Position numbers and translations under genes: made by a program. DNA of 64,000 nt from Microgenomates group bacterium (GTDB lineage Bacteria; Patescibacteriota; Microgenomatia; Daviesbacterales; UBA10151). Positions 30,073 to 39,714 of this stretch are shown piece after piece. A model generated the notes under the pieces. It was not told where the DNA came from. It was given only the letters and a program-made list of their open reading frames with translations, and ran no database searches. How positions within the stretch are numbered: the first letter of the stretch is position 1; each line of letters opens with the position of its first letter. The stretch spans positions 640,589 through 704,588 of the forward strand of contig JBAZXP010000001.1 in NCBI GenBank assembly GCA_041659805.1. Reading direction: 5' to 3'.

Positions 30073-31287
30073 CTAATCATTAAATACCACTGCTCTGTGA
30101 GTCTGGTTCGAAGTCCTATCGATAGGAATTAAGGTTGTGAAAATTGTTCCCTTCCCAACAGTGCTTTCAACCATTATCTTACCGTTAAATTCTTCTTCTA
30201 TAATTTCTTTTGCTAAAACTAACATGATTCCGGAACCCTTTTTTGAGGTATTAACATATTTTAAGCATCTTCTTAAAGCTACCTCATCCATACCCTGACC
30301 ATTGTCTTCGACGGCAAAAAGTATATGCCCTTTTTCTGAATAAGCTCTAAGAGTAATTTTTGTTGCCCCTGCCTGCATGGCATTAAGGACTAACGTATTT
30401 TGGATAAGCACAAAAAGCTCTTTTTCAAGTTGTACTGGTGGTAATCCGGATTGTGCTTCAATTACCAGTTCTACCTTATTATCTGCTTCAGCAAGGTTTT
30501 TTTGTACAATTTCTTGAAGTAGGCTCTCCGGACTTACAATAATTGGTTTTGACTCTTCTGTCGCCTTAAATATTTTAACAATCTCTGTAACTTGCTCGTC
30601 CATTTTTTTACAGTAGGAATATATAGTTGTACTGACAGTTCTTAGGAATCTGGCGGTAGGCTTATCTAATTTTTCATCCTCAGAAAGTGAGCTTAGTGAT
30701 CGTTCGACTAGCTCAGAATAGCCCTGGATTGTTGTAAGCGGAGCCCTTAATTCATGTGTGAAAAAGCTTGCCCTGTCTGTAATCCACTTAAGACGTCTTT
30801 CTGCTCTTATTCTTTCTGCTCTTTCTTTTGTGAATGCTTCGATAGTTTGACTTCTTGTAGCTTCATGTATTTCTGCTCGGACAACTTTTTCTTCATTTAC
30901 GCCCCGGACAAGTGTAGTTCTACATTCATAGCAATTATGGTCGGCAACAAAAATCAAAGACGCTTGGCTATTAAATTCATTAGACAAGATGACTTCTAGT
31001 TGGCTTAAGACTTTCCTATCTTTTTCCATTGCCGGTTGAGCTAATAATTTTCCAAGTTCTGAAGTAACCCCGGGGTGTAATTTAGAAAACGTAAAATTTG
31101 CGCATCTTAGTTCTGGTTTAGAAATGTCCTCAAAACCTGCTCCAATAATTGCAGACGGTGGAGCAAACTCTTCCTTAAAATATAGATGGCTTAAGCTGGC
31201 TGTTTGAGCGTACTCAGAGACCCTTCTAAGTCTAGAAGTTGCAGTTGAGTTTGCTATATCGGAATATCCATGGGTTTCTATTGCCAT
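30073..31287 (-). CDS. Cytoplasmic sensor histidine kinase (HisKA plus HATPase_c). No TM segment and no adjacent response regulator.
   Basis: H-box FTHELRAPLTTIQGYSELV. N/G boxes VLNAMQAGATKITL, VEDNGQGMD, GSGIMLVLAKEII...GKGTIFT. The N-terminal roughly 170 aa are a Cys-containing sensor domain (DHNCYECRTT). Confidence 0.7.
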   Translation of the reverse strand: MAIETHGYSDIANSTATSRLRRVSEYAQTASLSHLYFKEEFAPPSAIIGAGFEDISKPELRCANFTFSKLHPGVTSELGKLLAQPAMEKDRKVLSQLEVILSNEFNSQASLIFVADHNCYECRTTLVRGVNEEKVVRAEIHEATRSQTIEAFTKERAERIRAERRLKWITDRASFFTHELRAPLTTIQGYSELVERSLSSLSEDEKLDKPTARFLRTVSTTIYSYCKKMDEQVTEIVKIFKATEESKPIIVSPESLLQEIVQKNLAEADNKVELVIEAQSGLPPVQLEKELFVLIQNTLVLNAMQAGATKITLRAYSEKGHILFAVEDNGQGMDEVALRRCLKYVNTSKKGSGIMLVLAKEIIEEEFNGKIMVESTVGKGTIFTTLIPIDRTSNQTHRAVVFND

Positions 31288-31373
31288 AAGCTAAGTATTA
31301 TATAATATCTTATAGTAATTAGCAAATATCTGGAGTTTACTTTAGCCTGATTAGACTATATAATTGCCAAAAG

Positions 31374-32048
31374 ATGAAAATTTTTAACATTATAAATAAA
31401 AATTTGCATTCTTCGATTAACTTTCGCCTCTCAAAACGTGTCTCAGAAAATAAAGCCCTACCTATTATTACAATTTCCCGTGAGAAAGGAGCTGGAGGTA
31501 TAGTAATTGCACAAAGATTAGCCAAAAAGCTCGGTAAGAAATGGGATTATTACCACAAGGATATAGTAGATAAAATTGCAGAAGAGTCAAAAACATCGTC
31601 TGAAAAGGTGAAAGATATGGAAGAAAAGCCTGCTCCTTATTTTCAGGATTTCTTTGAAGGTTTTTTGGGAGGAAATGGCTTAGATGTAAGTAAATACCAA
31701 AAAAATTTAATCAAGGTGCTTTTTGAAATCGGTAAAAAAGGGAACGCAATTATTGTAGGTCGTGGGGCAAATTTTATATTTCCGGATGCTTTAAAGGTTA
31801 GGATCATTGCAGATAAAGAACAGAGGATTAAATGGCTGATGCAATATGAAAATCTTTCTGAAAAAGCTGCTAAAGCTGAGGCAGATGAAACTGATAAAGA
31901 GAGTACAAAATTTGTATCTAATTTATTTAACAAAGATATAACTGAGCCCAAAAACTATGATTTGATAATAAAGACCAGTCTTTCTTTTTCTGCGGATGAT
32001 GCAGTAGATATTATTGCCAGAGTAGCTAAAAAGAGATTTAAGCTTTAA
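31374..32048 (+). CDS. Cytidylate kinase-like family protein (P-loop kinase-like)
   Basis: ITISREKGAGGIVIAQRLAKKLGKKWDYYHKDIV matches the cytidylate-kinase-like family N-terminus. The P-loop is degenerate, so it is not a bona fide cmk. Confidence 0.55.
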   Translation: MKIFNIINKNLHSSINFRLSKRVSENKALPIITISREKGAGGIVIAQRLAKKLGKKWDYYHKDIVDKIAEESKTSSEKVKDMEEKPAPYFQDFFEGFLGGNGLDVSKYQKNLIKVLFEIGKKGNAIIVGRGANFIFPDALKVRIIADKEQRIKWLMQYENLSEKAAKAEADETDKESTKFVSNLFNKDITEPKNYDLIIKTSLSFSADDAVDIIARVAKKRFKL

Positions 32049-32056
32049 AATTAATT

Positions 32057-32392
32057 GTGATTTTAGAAAATGTTACTCAAAAAACAATTGTTTATCCTAA
32101 TATAGAAATTGCTTCTTCTTTTTTTGATCAGCTGTTAGGGCTTTTGCAGCATACTAAACAGGCAATGCTTTTTTATACCAGATTTGGAATTCACACTTTT
32201 GGAATGAATCGGAAGATAGATGTGATTGTGCTTGATCAGAAATGGAAAGCCGCTAAAATTAAGAAAAACTTGCCTTCAAATAGTTTGTTTTTTTGGAATC
32301 CTAAATTAAATATAGTTATAGAATTACCTTCAGGCACAATTAATAAAAGCAAAACTGAGATAGGAAATGTATTAAAAATGCATAAAAAATAG
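32057..32392 (+). CDS. Hypothetical protein, possibly DUF192-like
   Basis: A 111-aa product. FGMNRKIDVIVLDQKWK resembles the DUF192 core (compare the clearer paralog at 36574-37062). Confidence 0.3.
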   Translation: MILENVTQKTIVYPNIEIASSFFDQLLGLLQHTKQAMLFYTRFGIHTFGMNRKIDVIVLDQKWKAAKIKKNLPSNSLFFWNPKLNIVIELPSGTINKSKTEIGNVLKMHKK

Positions 32393-32444
32393 CCTCCCAG
32401 CTTTTATACTTGAAGGCTATCATTTTTTGGTTAATCCGATTAAA

Positions 32445-32795
32445 TTATCTTCTTCCACCACCCCTTTTGTCATAACCACCGCCTTGTCCACCTCGTCCTC
32501 CTTGATATCCTCCAGCATCTCTGCGGAAATTATCTTGGTGAGGTCTTTCTTCTCTCGGTCTGGCAACGGATACAGCCAAAGCTCGTCCATTCATGTCAGA
32601 ACCATTCAATTCTTGAATAGCTTTATTAGCTTCATCATCATTTTGCATTTCGACAAAACCAAATCCCCTAGATTGTCCGGTAAACTTATCCATTACAACG
32701 GTTGCAGATACAACTTGTCCGAATTTTTCGAACATTTCTTGTAACTCTTGGCTTGTTGTACTATAAGGTAAACTACCAACGAAAATCTTTGTCAT
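32445..32795 (-). CDS. RRM-type RNA-binding protein with a C-terminal Gly/Arg-rich (RGG) tail
   Basis: The start is chosen at MTKIFVGSLPY. RNP2 is IFVGSL, RNP1 is RGFGFVEM, and the tail is GGYQGGRGGQGGGYDKRGGGRR. Confidence 0.8.
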   Translation of the reverse strand: MTKIFVGSLPYSTTSQELQEMFEKFGQVVSATVVMDKFTGQSRGFGFVEMQNDDEANKAIQELNGSDMNGRALAVSVARPREERPHQDNFRRDAGGYQGGRGGQGGGYDKRGGGRR

Positions 32796-33032
32796 TAATA
32801 TCACCACCTTTCTATGTGTGTTAAACTGCGTTGAAAAACAAATGAAACTCAGGAAAATTTGAAAACATGGAGTGGGCTGTCGTTTAAATAATACTTTCTA
32901 CTCAACTGATTTCTCAGAAGTGTTTTCAGTATAACAGGTTGTTGTGGCTTTAGCAATATGGTAATAACCTTAGCAGATTAGTTGGCAACTTTAATTTTCG
33001 TGGGTAAAATGCTAGACTAAAACTATAAAATA

Positions 33033-34109
33033 ATGGGTAGAATATTTCATTTTCTTCTTCAACACAAAAAAACAGTTATCATTGCAATAATTTTATTTAT
33101 TGTTTTGATTTTTGGTTCATATAGACTGGGTTGGATTGGTACCAAGGCTCCTGAATACAGAACAATAACAGTGGTCAAAGGAGATCTTTCCACAGTTATT
33201 AATGCTTCAGGTATGGTCGAATCTGAAAATCAGGCAACATTGTCCTTTTTAATCTCCGGCCGTGCTTCTTATTTAGGTTTTAAGGAAGGGGATAGCGTTA
33301 AAAAAGGAGAATTAATCGCTTCGCTTGACACAACACAGGTTTACGAGGCTGTTTCAAAAGCACAAGCTGTTTACAGTAGCGCACAATCCTCTCTTAATAA
33401 AGTTCTGGATGATATTCATCTTTCTCAATATGGAAATGGAGGATTTGGCAATATCGGTTCAAAAAACGAGACTATGACTCAAAAGAATTTGAGAGAGGCA
33501 GCTGAAATGACAAGAGATGCTGCTTATCAGGATCTTCAGTCTGCCAGAAAAAATTTTGAGTGGTCAACAATCATTGCTCCATTTGACGGATTTATATCAA
33601 AAATATCAGGTATAAATACCGGACAGAACGTTTCAGCGCTAAGTCCGGGGACTGTTACTTTGGTAGGAGACGGTAAGTTGAAGTTTGTGGCCAATGTTGA
33701 TGAGGTTGATTTTAGTAATTTGGTTTCATCACAAAGCGGAGAAATTTTCCTGGATGCTTTTCCTGAAGAAAAATTTGTGGGTCAGATTATAAAGATTGGT
33801 GTTGCCGCGATTAAACTTGCAACAGGAGGTTCAGCTATACCTGTTGAAGTCTCGTTACCTGCAAATAATAAGCTTAAGAGCGGGTTAAACGGTGAAGTAG
33901 ATTTTACAGTTGTTACAAAAAAAGATGTTTTTACTTTGCCTAAATCCACAATAAGAAGTGAAAATTCAACAAAATATGTTTATTTATTGGTTGGTAAAAA
34001 AGCGGAAAAAAGAACAGTTGAAATAGGTGAAACACTGGGTTCTCAAGTAGAGATTGTTTCCGGTTTAAATACCGATGATCAAGTAATTTTAGGCGATGTC
34101 AAACAATGA
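33033..34109 (+). CDS. Efflux periplasmic adaptor (HlyD/MacA-like membrane fusion protein)
   Basis: N-terminal TM anchor, coiled-coil segment, then the beta-barrel motif (IIAPFDGFISKISGINTGQNV). It directly precedes the ABC ATPase and FtsX-like permease. Confidence 0.7.
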   Translation: MGRIFHFLLQHKKTVIIAIILFIVLIFGSYRLGWIGTKAPEYRTITVVKGDLSTVINASGMVESENQATLSFLISGRASYLGFKEGDSVKKGELIASLDTTQVYEAVSKAQAVYSSAQSSLNKVLDDIHLSQYGNGGFGNIGSKNETMTQKNLREAAEMTRDAAYQDLQSARKNFEWSTIIAPFDGFISKISGINTGQNVSALSPGTVTLVGDGKLKFVANVDEVDFSNLVSSQSGEIFLDAFPEEKFVGQIIKIGVAAIKLATGGSAIPVEVSLPANNKLKSGLNGEVDFTVVTKKDVFTLPKSTIRSENSTKYVYLLVGKKAEKRTVEIGETLGSQVEIVSGLNTDDQVILGDVKQ

Positions 34110-34774
34110 TCCTGCAACTAAAACATGTTAGTAAAACTTATTTTCTTGAAGGTGTTGAAATTAAGGCTTTAGATGATGTGAGTGTTGATGTTAAAGAGGG
34201 TGATTTTTTGGCAATAGTTGGTCCATCCGGTTCCGGCAAATCCACATTAATGCATTTAATTGGTCTTCTTGATACGCCTACCTCAGGCGAAGTATTTTTG
34301 GAAGGCAAAGATGTTACAAAGATGTCCGAGACGACTCTATCCAAGCTTCGGAATGAGCATATCGGCTTTGTTTTTCAGCAATTTAATCTATTGCCCAGGT
34401 TATCTGCGTTAGAAAATGTTGAGCTTCCCATGATTTATAGAGGAATGAAGTCTGAGGAAAGACACAAAAAGGCCAAAGAGATGCTGGATATGGTAGGACT
34501 TGGAGAAAGGTTAAACAACCGCCCAAATCAACTATCCGGAGGACAACAACAAAGGGTAGCTATTGCCAGATCGCTTGTATTAAATCCTTTGATTATTTTA
34601 GCTGATGAACCGACAGGAAATTTGGATACAAAAACAGGCAAAGAAATTTTAGAGTTTTTACATAAGTTAAACAAAGAAGGTCATACAATTATTCTGGTTA
34701 CCCATGACTCTTATGTGGCTGAGCAAGCTAACAGACATATTCACATTAGAGATGGAAAGGTGGTGTCTTCTTAA
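34106..34774 (+). CDS. ABC transporter ATP-binding protein (MacB/LolD-type)
   Basis: Walker A GPSGSGKST, signature LSGGQQQRVAIAR, Walker B ILADEPTGNLD, H-loop TH. Confidence 0.85.
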   Translation: MILQLKHVSKTYFLEGVEIKALDDVSVDVKEGDFLAIVGPSGSGKSTLMHLIGLLDTPTSGEVFLEGKDVTKMSETTLSKLRNEHIGFVFQQFNLLPRLSALENVELPMIYRGMKSEERHKKAKEMLDMVGLGERLNNRPNQLSGGQQQRVAIARSLVLNPLIILADEPTGNLDTKTGKEILEFLHKLNKEGHTIILVTHDSYVAEQANRHIHIRDGKVVSS

Positions 34775-35968
34775 ATGCAATTTGATCAAATAATTTTTAT
34801 GGCAATTCGGTCTTTGCAAGCCAATAAGGTTCGTTCTTTTTTGACAATGCTGGGTGTGATCATCGGCGTAATGTCAGTGATACTTTTAACTGCACTTGGC
34901 TCAGGTTTGCAAGGGTATATTGTTAAGCAATTGGAAAATGTTGGGTCTAATTTAATTATTGTTTACCCCGGAAAGCTTGATTTAAAATCACTTGGTCAAG
35001 GTGGAATGGCAAGCATAACCAGCCCGAAATTTGTTTTGAAAGATGCAAATGATTTAGAAACTCAATCACAATATATTGAAGCAGTGGTTCCAAGTGCTGT
35101 TGCTCAAGGGGTATTAAAGTACCAGGATCAAAAAACTTACACAGAACTGTTGGGTTTAACGGCAAATTTTTCTCAGGTAATGAATTCCCCGCTTGCTTCG
35201 GGTGAATATTTTACGGAAAGTGACGATAGGTCTGGCAGGAAAGTGATTATACTTGGTTCGGAAATTGCAAAGAATCTTTTTGGAACAGAAGAGCCTATTG
35301 ATAAAAAAGTGGTTGTTAATGAGTCTAGGTTTACTGTAATTGGGGTTTTAAAAAACCGTGGGGTTTCCGGAGGTCAGGAGGATCATGTGGTTATTCCGAT
35401 TACAACAGAGATGCATTTATTTAATCAAAACAAAGTTTTTGCACTCTACGCAAAAGTTATTAATTCCAATGAGATGGATGCAGCGAGTGCTGATATTAAA
35501 AGAATTTTACTGGGGCGTTTAACGGAGGACGATTTTACGCTTTTAACAATGAAGGATTTGCTTGGAGCAGTTTCGTCTATCTTGGATGTTTTGACGTTGG
35601 CTTTAGGCGGAATTGCAGCAATATCCTTGCTCGTTGGAGGCATAGGGATTATGAATATAATGTTGGTTTCTGTGACAGAAAGAACACAGGAAATTGGGCT
35701 TAGAAAAGCACTTGGAGCAACTCCAAATGTAATTATGATTCAATTTTTAATTGAGGCTGTTGTTCTATCAGTTGGTGGTGGAATGATTGGAATGCTTTTA
35801 GGTGGTGGAATAGCTTTGATTATGCGGTTGTTTATTCCGACAGAAGTTACTTTATGGTCTGTTTCATTGGCTTTTTCTGTATCTGCAATTATTGGTATTG
35901 TTTTTGGGGTAATGCCTGCTAGAAAAGCTGCAAAAATGAACCCAATCGAAGCGTTAAGGTATGAATGA
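34775..35968 (+). CDS. ABC transporter permease, FtsX/MacB-like
   Basis: MacB_PCD-like periplasmic domain followed by four C-terminal TM helices, with the conserved FtsX motifs (TERTQEIGLRKALGA, GGGMIGMLLG). Confidence 0.8.
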   Translation: MQFDQIIFMAIRSLQANKVRSFLTMLGVIIGVMSVILLTALGSGLQGYIVKQLENVGSNLIIVYPGKLDLKSLGQGGMASITSPKFVLKDANDLETQSQYIEAVVPSAVAQGVLKYQDQKTYTELLGLTANFSQVMNSPLASGEYFTESDDRSGRKVIILGSEIAKNLFGTEEPIDKKVVVNESRFTVIGVLKNRGVSGGQEDHVVIPITTEMHLFNQNKVFALYAKVINSNEMDAASADIKRILLGRLTEDDFTLLTMKDLLGAVSSILDVLTLALGGIAAISLLVGGIGIMNIMLVSVTERTQEIGLRKALGATPNVIMIQFLIEAVVLSVGGGMIGMLLGGGIALIMRLFIPTEVTLWSVSLAFSVSAIIGIVFGVMPARKAAKMNPIEALRYE

Positions 35969-36554
35969 GGAAACAATGGTTAAATTTAAATTTTTTTTAC
36001 TTTCTTTTATCCTTTTAGTTTCAGGTCTAATATTTTTATTTATTGGATTTAATCAAGTTTCCAACAGCTTTAATAACTCTGAAGAAACAATTAACATAAG
36101 TACAAGTTCAGCTCAAATACAACTAACTGCGTCATCAGGAATTATTGGTGAGGAAGTTAAAGTAATTAGGGTAGTCGATGGCGATACGATTGTGATCGAG
36201 AGTGGTGAAAAAATCAGATATATTGGTGTTGATACACCGGAGACAGTTGACCCAAGACGGGCTGTTGCCTGTTTTGGAAAAGAAGCTTCAAATGAAAATA
36301 AAAAATTGGTTGCGGGAAAGACTGTCACACTTACTAAAGATGTTTCTGATAAAGATCAATTTGGCCGGTTATTAAGATTTGTTTACTTAAAACAAGATGA
36401 TGGTAATTTAATTTTTGTGAATGATTATTTAATAAGAAATGGTTTTGCCAAAGCTTCAACATACCCTCCGGATGTAAAATTTGCTGTCCAATTCGTGGAA
36501 GCTGAAAAAGAAGCCAGAAATTCAGCCAGAGGCTTATGGAAGATGTGTCCTTAA
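35961..36554 (+). CDS. Membrane-anchored thermonuclease (staphylococcal-nuclease/SNase-like)
   Basis: N-terminal TM helix, then VIRVVDGDTIVIESGEKIRYIGVDTPETVDP...FGKEASNEN...DQFGRLLRFVY, the SNase active-site pattern (DGDT, R, D-PE, FG-E, R-L). Confidence 0.75.
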   Translation: MNEETMVKFKFFLLSFILLVSGLIFLFIGFNQVSNSFNNSEETINISTSSAQIQLTASSGIIGEEVKVIRVVDGDTIVIESGEKIRYIGVDTPETVDPRRAVACFGKEASNENKKLVAGKTVTLTKDVSDKDQFGRLLRFVYLKQDDGNLIFVNDYLIRNGFAKASTYPPDVKFAVQFVEAEKEARNSARGLWKMCP

Positions 36555-36573
36555 TGTGTATAATAAATTAGTT

Positions 36574-37062
36574 ATGAAGAAATTTTGGATTCAAGTTACT
36601 GTTTTAACCTTGGTAATATTTGGGGGGTTTTATTTTTATAGCAATCCTTCAATATTTTATTCTTTTTTTCCAAATGCCACACCGATTGTTTTAACTGGTT
36701 TAAAATTAGGTGAAAATAATTTAAAGATAGAAATTGCAGATACCCCTGAAAAAAGAGCCAGGGGTTTGAGTGGCAGAGAGAGTTTGGCGACTGATAGTGG
36801 AATGTTATTTACATTTGATACCAGTTCAAAATATGTTTTTTGGATGAAGGGTATGAAAATTCCATTGGATTTTATTTATATTAATGATGGCAAAGTTGTA
36901 GATCTTTTGAAAAATGTGGCTCCCCCTACTCCTGACCAGCCTGATACTGACTTGCCACACCTTTCTCCGACAGCGGAAGTTAATATGGTGCTTGAAGTAA
37001 ACAGTAATTACATTGATTCGCATGGGGTAAAAGTAGGAGATAGTGTCACACTTGTAAAATAA
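36574..37062 (+). CDS. DUF192 family protein
   Basis: ATG at 36574. ADTPEKRARGLSGRESLATDSGMLFTFD...FWMKGMKIPLDFIYINDGKVVDL is the DUF192 (COG1430) core. Confidence 0.6.
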   Translation: MKKFWIQVTVLTLVIFGGFYFYSNPSIFYSFFPNATPIVLTGLKLGENNLKIEIADTPEKRARGLSGRESLATDSGMLFTFDTSSKYVFWMKGMKIPLDFIYINDGKVVDLLKNVAPPTPDQPDTDLPHLSPTAEVNMVLEVNSNYIDSHGVKVGDSVTLVK

Positions 37063-37064
37063 AT

Positions 37065-38522
37065 ATGGAAATACTGCCAATAGAAAGTTTATCTGATTTT
37101 GAAAAAGATATATACGGAGCCAATCTTTATAATTTATCCCTACTTAAGCGTTTAGGTTTTTCAGTGCCTGCGGGAATCATTATTTATCCACCTGAGATTG
37201 TACTTCAAACAGTTTTAAGGCATCTGGAGGATAACAAAAGAGAAATTTTTGAAGCTAATTTGACTTTAATTAAGTCAGAAATTGCAAAAATTCCCATCCC
37301 TCAGGAATTATTTGATAAATTGCAGAAACAATCATATTATTTTTTAAACGGATCAATCTATGAAAAGAAGGAAGCCCTTTGGTTAAAATTATTAGAAATT
37401 TGGTTGGATGAAATAAGAAATAAGATCTGGAATACAGGTTTAGGGGAAGGTATTACTGTAAATCTATCTTCTCAGGTAATTTTTTGGATTAAAGATAAAT
37501 TTGAAACAGCTAAGGCGTTTTTTGATCCATTAAGAGAAGATGTGGTTATTGCAACTGACAGCAAACTTTCTCCATCCACTTTAAATAAAATTGATAAAGT
37601 TGTAACGGAGGGAAATAAAAAATTATTTTTACCTCAAATATATAGTTTTGTAATTTTTAATGAAGAAGCAAAAATTATTGCTTTAAAACCTTTTACACAA
37701 TCACTTCCCCTGTCAAAAACAGAAGACATAATTTTACCTGAAAATAAGCAAAAGAAGATTATCAGATCTGCAATTAAATTGTTTTTAAATTTATCATCAG
37801 GATTTGCAATTGATCCCCAAGTGGATGGATTATTAATTGAAGGTGAGCACTCCAAGGACTTTGATGAGTTAGTATTTAAATTATCTGAAGGTGCATTAAT
37901 TAACTCTGAGAAACCTGTTTTATTTAAGCTGCCTGATGTTGATGAAGGGGAGTTGCGGGGGACGATGAGATTGCTTCATAAAAAGAACTTATTGGAGAGT
38001 GCCTGTAATGCATTTTTGTTTGTTAGAAATAAAAAGAATTTATTAAATATAGAATTATTTATTCCCAGAGTAAGATCCTTAGCTGAATTTTTAGAAATTA
38101 AAAGAGAGCTAGCGAGCCAGGGTATTAGTAGGAAAGGGTCTATGAAACTGGGCTTGGAAATGTTGGTTCCTGAGAACATTATTAATATTGAAGATTATTT
38201 AGAATCAGGTTTAGACACAATCCTTTTTGATTTAGACGTTTTGCAAAAAACACTTTGTGATAACCATGATGATCAATCTGATTTAATAAAAGAGCATGTA
38301 AGAACTTTAATTAAATTTATCACCCCTGCTTTTTCTGCATGTCATAAATCAAAAGTTCCAATTATTGTGAAAGGATCTGTAGTGCTTCACCCGGAAGTGT
38401 TAGATTTTCTGGTAGAAAAAGGGGTATGGGGGGTAGTTGCAAATACTTTAGCTGAAACGAGTAGCTTACCTGAGCACTTACATTGGGTAGAAAATAGAAT
38501 TATCCAAAAACGGTTGAGTTAA
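37065..38522 (+). CDS. Hypothetical 485-aa protein, possibly a PPDK_N/PEP-utilising N-terminal-like (ATP-grasp) domain protein
   Basis: The N-terminus YGANLYNLSLLKRLGFSVPAGIII resembles the G-K-NL-L-G-VP-GF motif of PEP synthase/PPDK N-domains, but it lacks GGK. There is no phospho-His or PEP-binding domain. Confidence 0.3.
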   Translation: MEILPIESLSDFEKDIYGANLYNLSLLKRLGFSVPAGIIIYPPEIVLQTVLRHLEDNKREIFEANLTLIKSEIAKIPIPQELFDKLQKQSYYFLNGSIYEKKEALWLKLLEIWLDEIRNKIWNTGLGEGITVNLSSQVIFWIKDKFETAKAFFDPLREDVVIATDSKLSPSTLNKIDKVVTEGNKKLFLPQIYSFVIFNEEAKIIALKPFTQSLPLSKTEDIILPENKQKKIIRSAIKLFLNLSSGFAIDPQVDGLLIEGEHSKDFDELVFKLSEGALINSEKPVLFKLPDVDEGELRGTMRLLHKKNLLESACNAFLFVRNKKNLLNIELFIPRVRSLAEFLEIKRELASQGISRKGSMKLGLEMLVPENIINIEDYLESGLDTILFDLDVLQKTLCDNHDDQSDLIKEHVRTLIKFITPAFSACHKSKVPIIVKGSVVLHPEVLDFLVEKGVWGVVANTLAETSSLPEHLHWVENRIIQKRLS

Positions 38523-38566
38523 TAAGCTTGACAGAGGATATCTAAAGTACATAGAATTAATCTGAT

Positions 38567-38941
38567 ATGGATAAAGAATCTGCCACAGAAAAAAAATCAG
38601 AAGATGAAGCAATTGAAGAGCAGATTGTTTCTGCTCAGCCAACAGCAGAGCTTAATTTTAATTCAAATAAAAATAAAACTCTAATTGTAGGCTTAATAAT
38701 ATTGATAATTATTGGTGCTGCTTATTATTTACTAGCAATAAATCCAGGGATTTTAAGTGTGTTTAATGCTAAGCCAAGTCAGGAAAGTGTTGTTCCTAGT
38801 CCAACTGTAACAGAGACAGTTATTTCAGACCCACAAATAGATAAGGATATTCAGGCTTTAAATAATAAGCTAAGTAATCTGGATACAGATTTTAATTTTA
38901 TCGATAATGGTCTTTCTGATAAAACTTTAATTACTGAATAA
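38567..38941 (+). CDS. Membrane-anchored hypothetical protein
   Basis: A 124-aa product with one TM helix (LIVGLIILIIIGAAYYLLAI). Promoter-like TTGACA-N18-TAGAAT at 38525-38554. Confidence 0.3.
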   Translation: MDKESATEKKSEDEAIEEQIVSAQPTAELNFNSNKNKTLIVGLIILIIIGAAYYLLAINPGILSVFNAKPSQESVVPSPTVTETVISDPQIDKDIQALNNKLSNLDTDFNFIDNGLSDKTLITE

Positions 38942-39714
38942 TGAGAAAATATAAAATTTTTTTAACATTATTAATAGTTTTTGGTTTGGTTTTAGCAAGT
39001 CAACAAGCCTTCGCTCAAATTTCAACTGATTCTGTTCAACCAAAAAGTAAGCTCACAAAAGTTGAACAAAGTTTACAGGATAAAATCACACTCGAAATAA
39101 ACCGCAGATTAACAAGTCTTACTAATTTGGAAAAAAGAGTTCAGGAGGTAAAAAAACTCAGTGAATCAAACAAAAATAATCTTGTTTTGCAAATACAGGA
39201 TCAAATTACAAGCCTAAATTCAATAAAATCTAGAATACAGGGAGATATTGATCTCGCAACTTTAAAAGATGAACGTTTGGCAATGGCGAATCAATACAGG
39301 ATTTATTTATTGTTTATTCCAAAAATTCATATTTTAGCGACCTCTGACCGGATAATGGAGATTTCTTCAGATATGGACAGTTTGCTTATAAAATTGCAAA
39401 CCAGAATTGATTTTGCCAAACAAAACGGTAAGGATGTGACCCTGATGCAGGCTACTGTCGATGACATTAAGACTAAGATTGCTGATGCTAATATTCAGGC
39501 TAAAGCTGCGGTTGATTTGGTTACACCACTTGTTCCTGATCAGGGGGATCAGGTTAAATTTACTGCCAATAAACAAGCCTTACAAGATGCAAGGAAAAAA
39601 TTAATTGCTGCAAGGCAGGATTTGAGTTCTGCCAAGCAGGGATTTGATTTAATAAAGCAACAGCTGAATCCTGCCCCTCAGACCAGCACTCCTTCAGCTG
39701 TTAAAGCCCAATAA
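38941..39714 (+). CDS. Secreted coiled-coil hypothetical protein
   Basis: Signal peptide (MRKYKIFLTLLIVFGLVLASQQAFA), then a Q/K/L-rich helical sequence. Confidence 0.35.
   Translation: MRKYKIFLTLLIVFGLVLASQQAFAQISTDSVQPKSKLTKVEQSLQDKITLEINRRLTSLTNLEKRVQEVKKLSESNKNNLVLQIQDQITSLNSIKSRIQGDIDLATLKDERLAMANQYRIYLLFIPKIHILATSDRIMEISSDMDSLLIKLQTRIDFAKQNGKDVTLMQATVDDIKTKIADANIQAKAAVDLVTPLVPDQGDQVKFTANKQALQDARKKLIAARQDLSSAKQGFDLIKQQLNPAPQTSTPSAVKAQ

Noticed and set aside
32427-32744. 105-aa plus-strand ORF
   Set aside because: It is antisense to the well-supported RRM gene. Its Ser-rich composition is the mirror of the Gly/Arg-rich tail.
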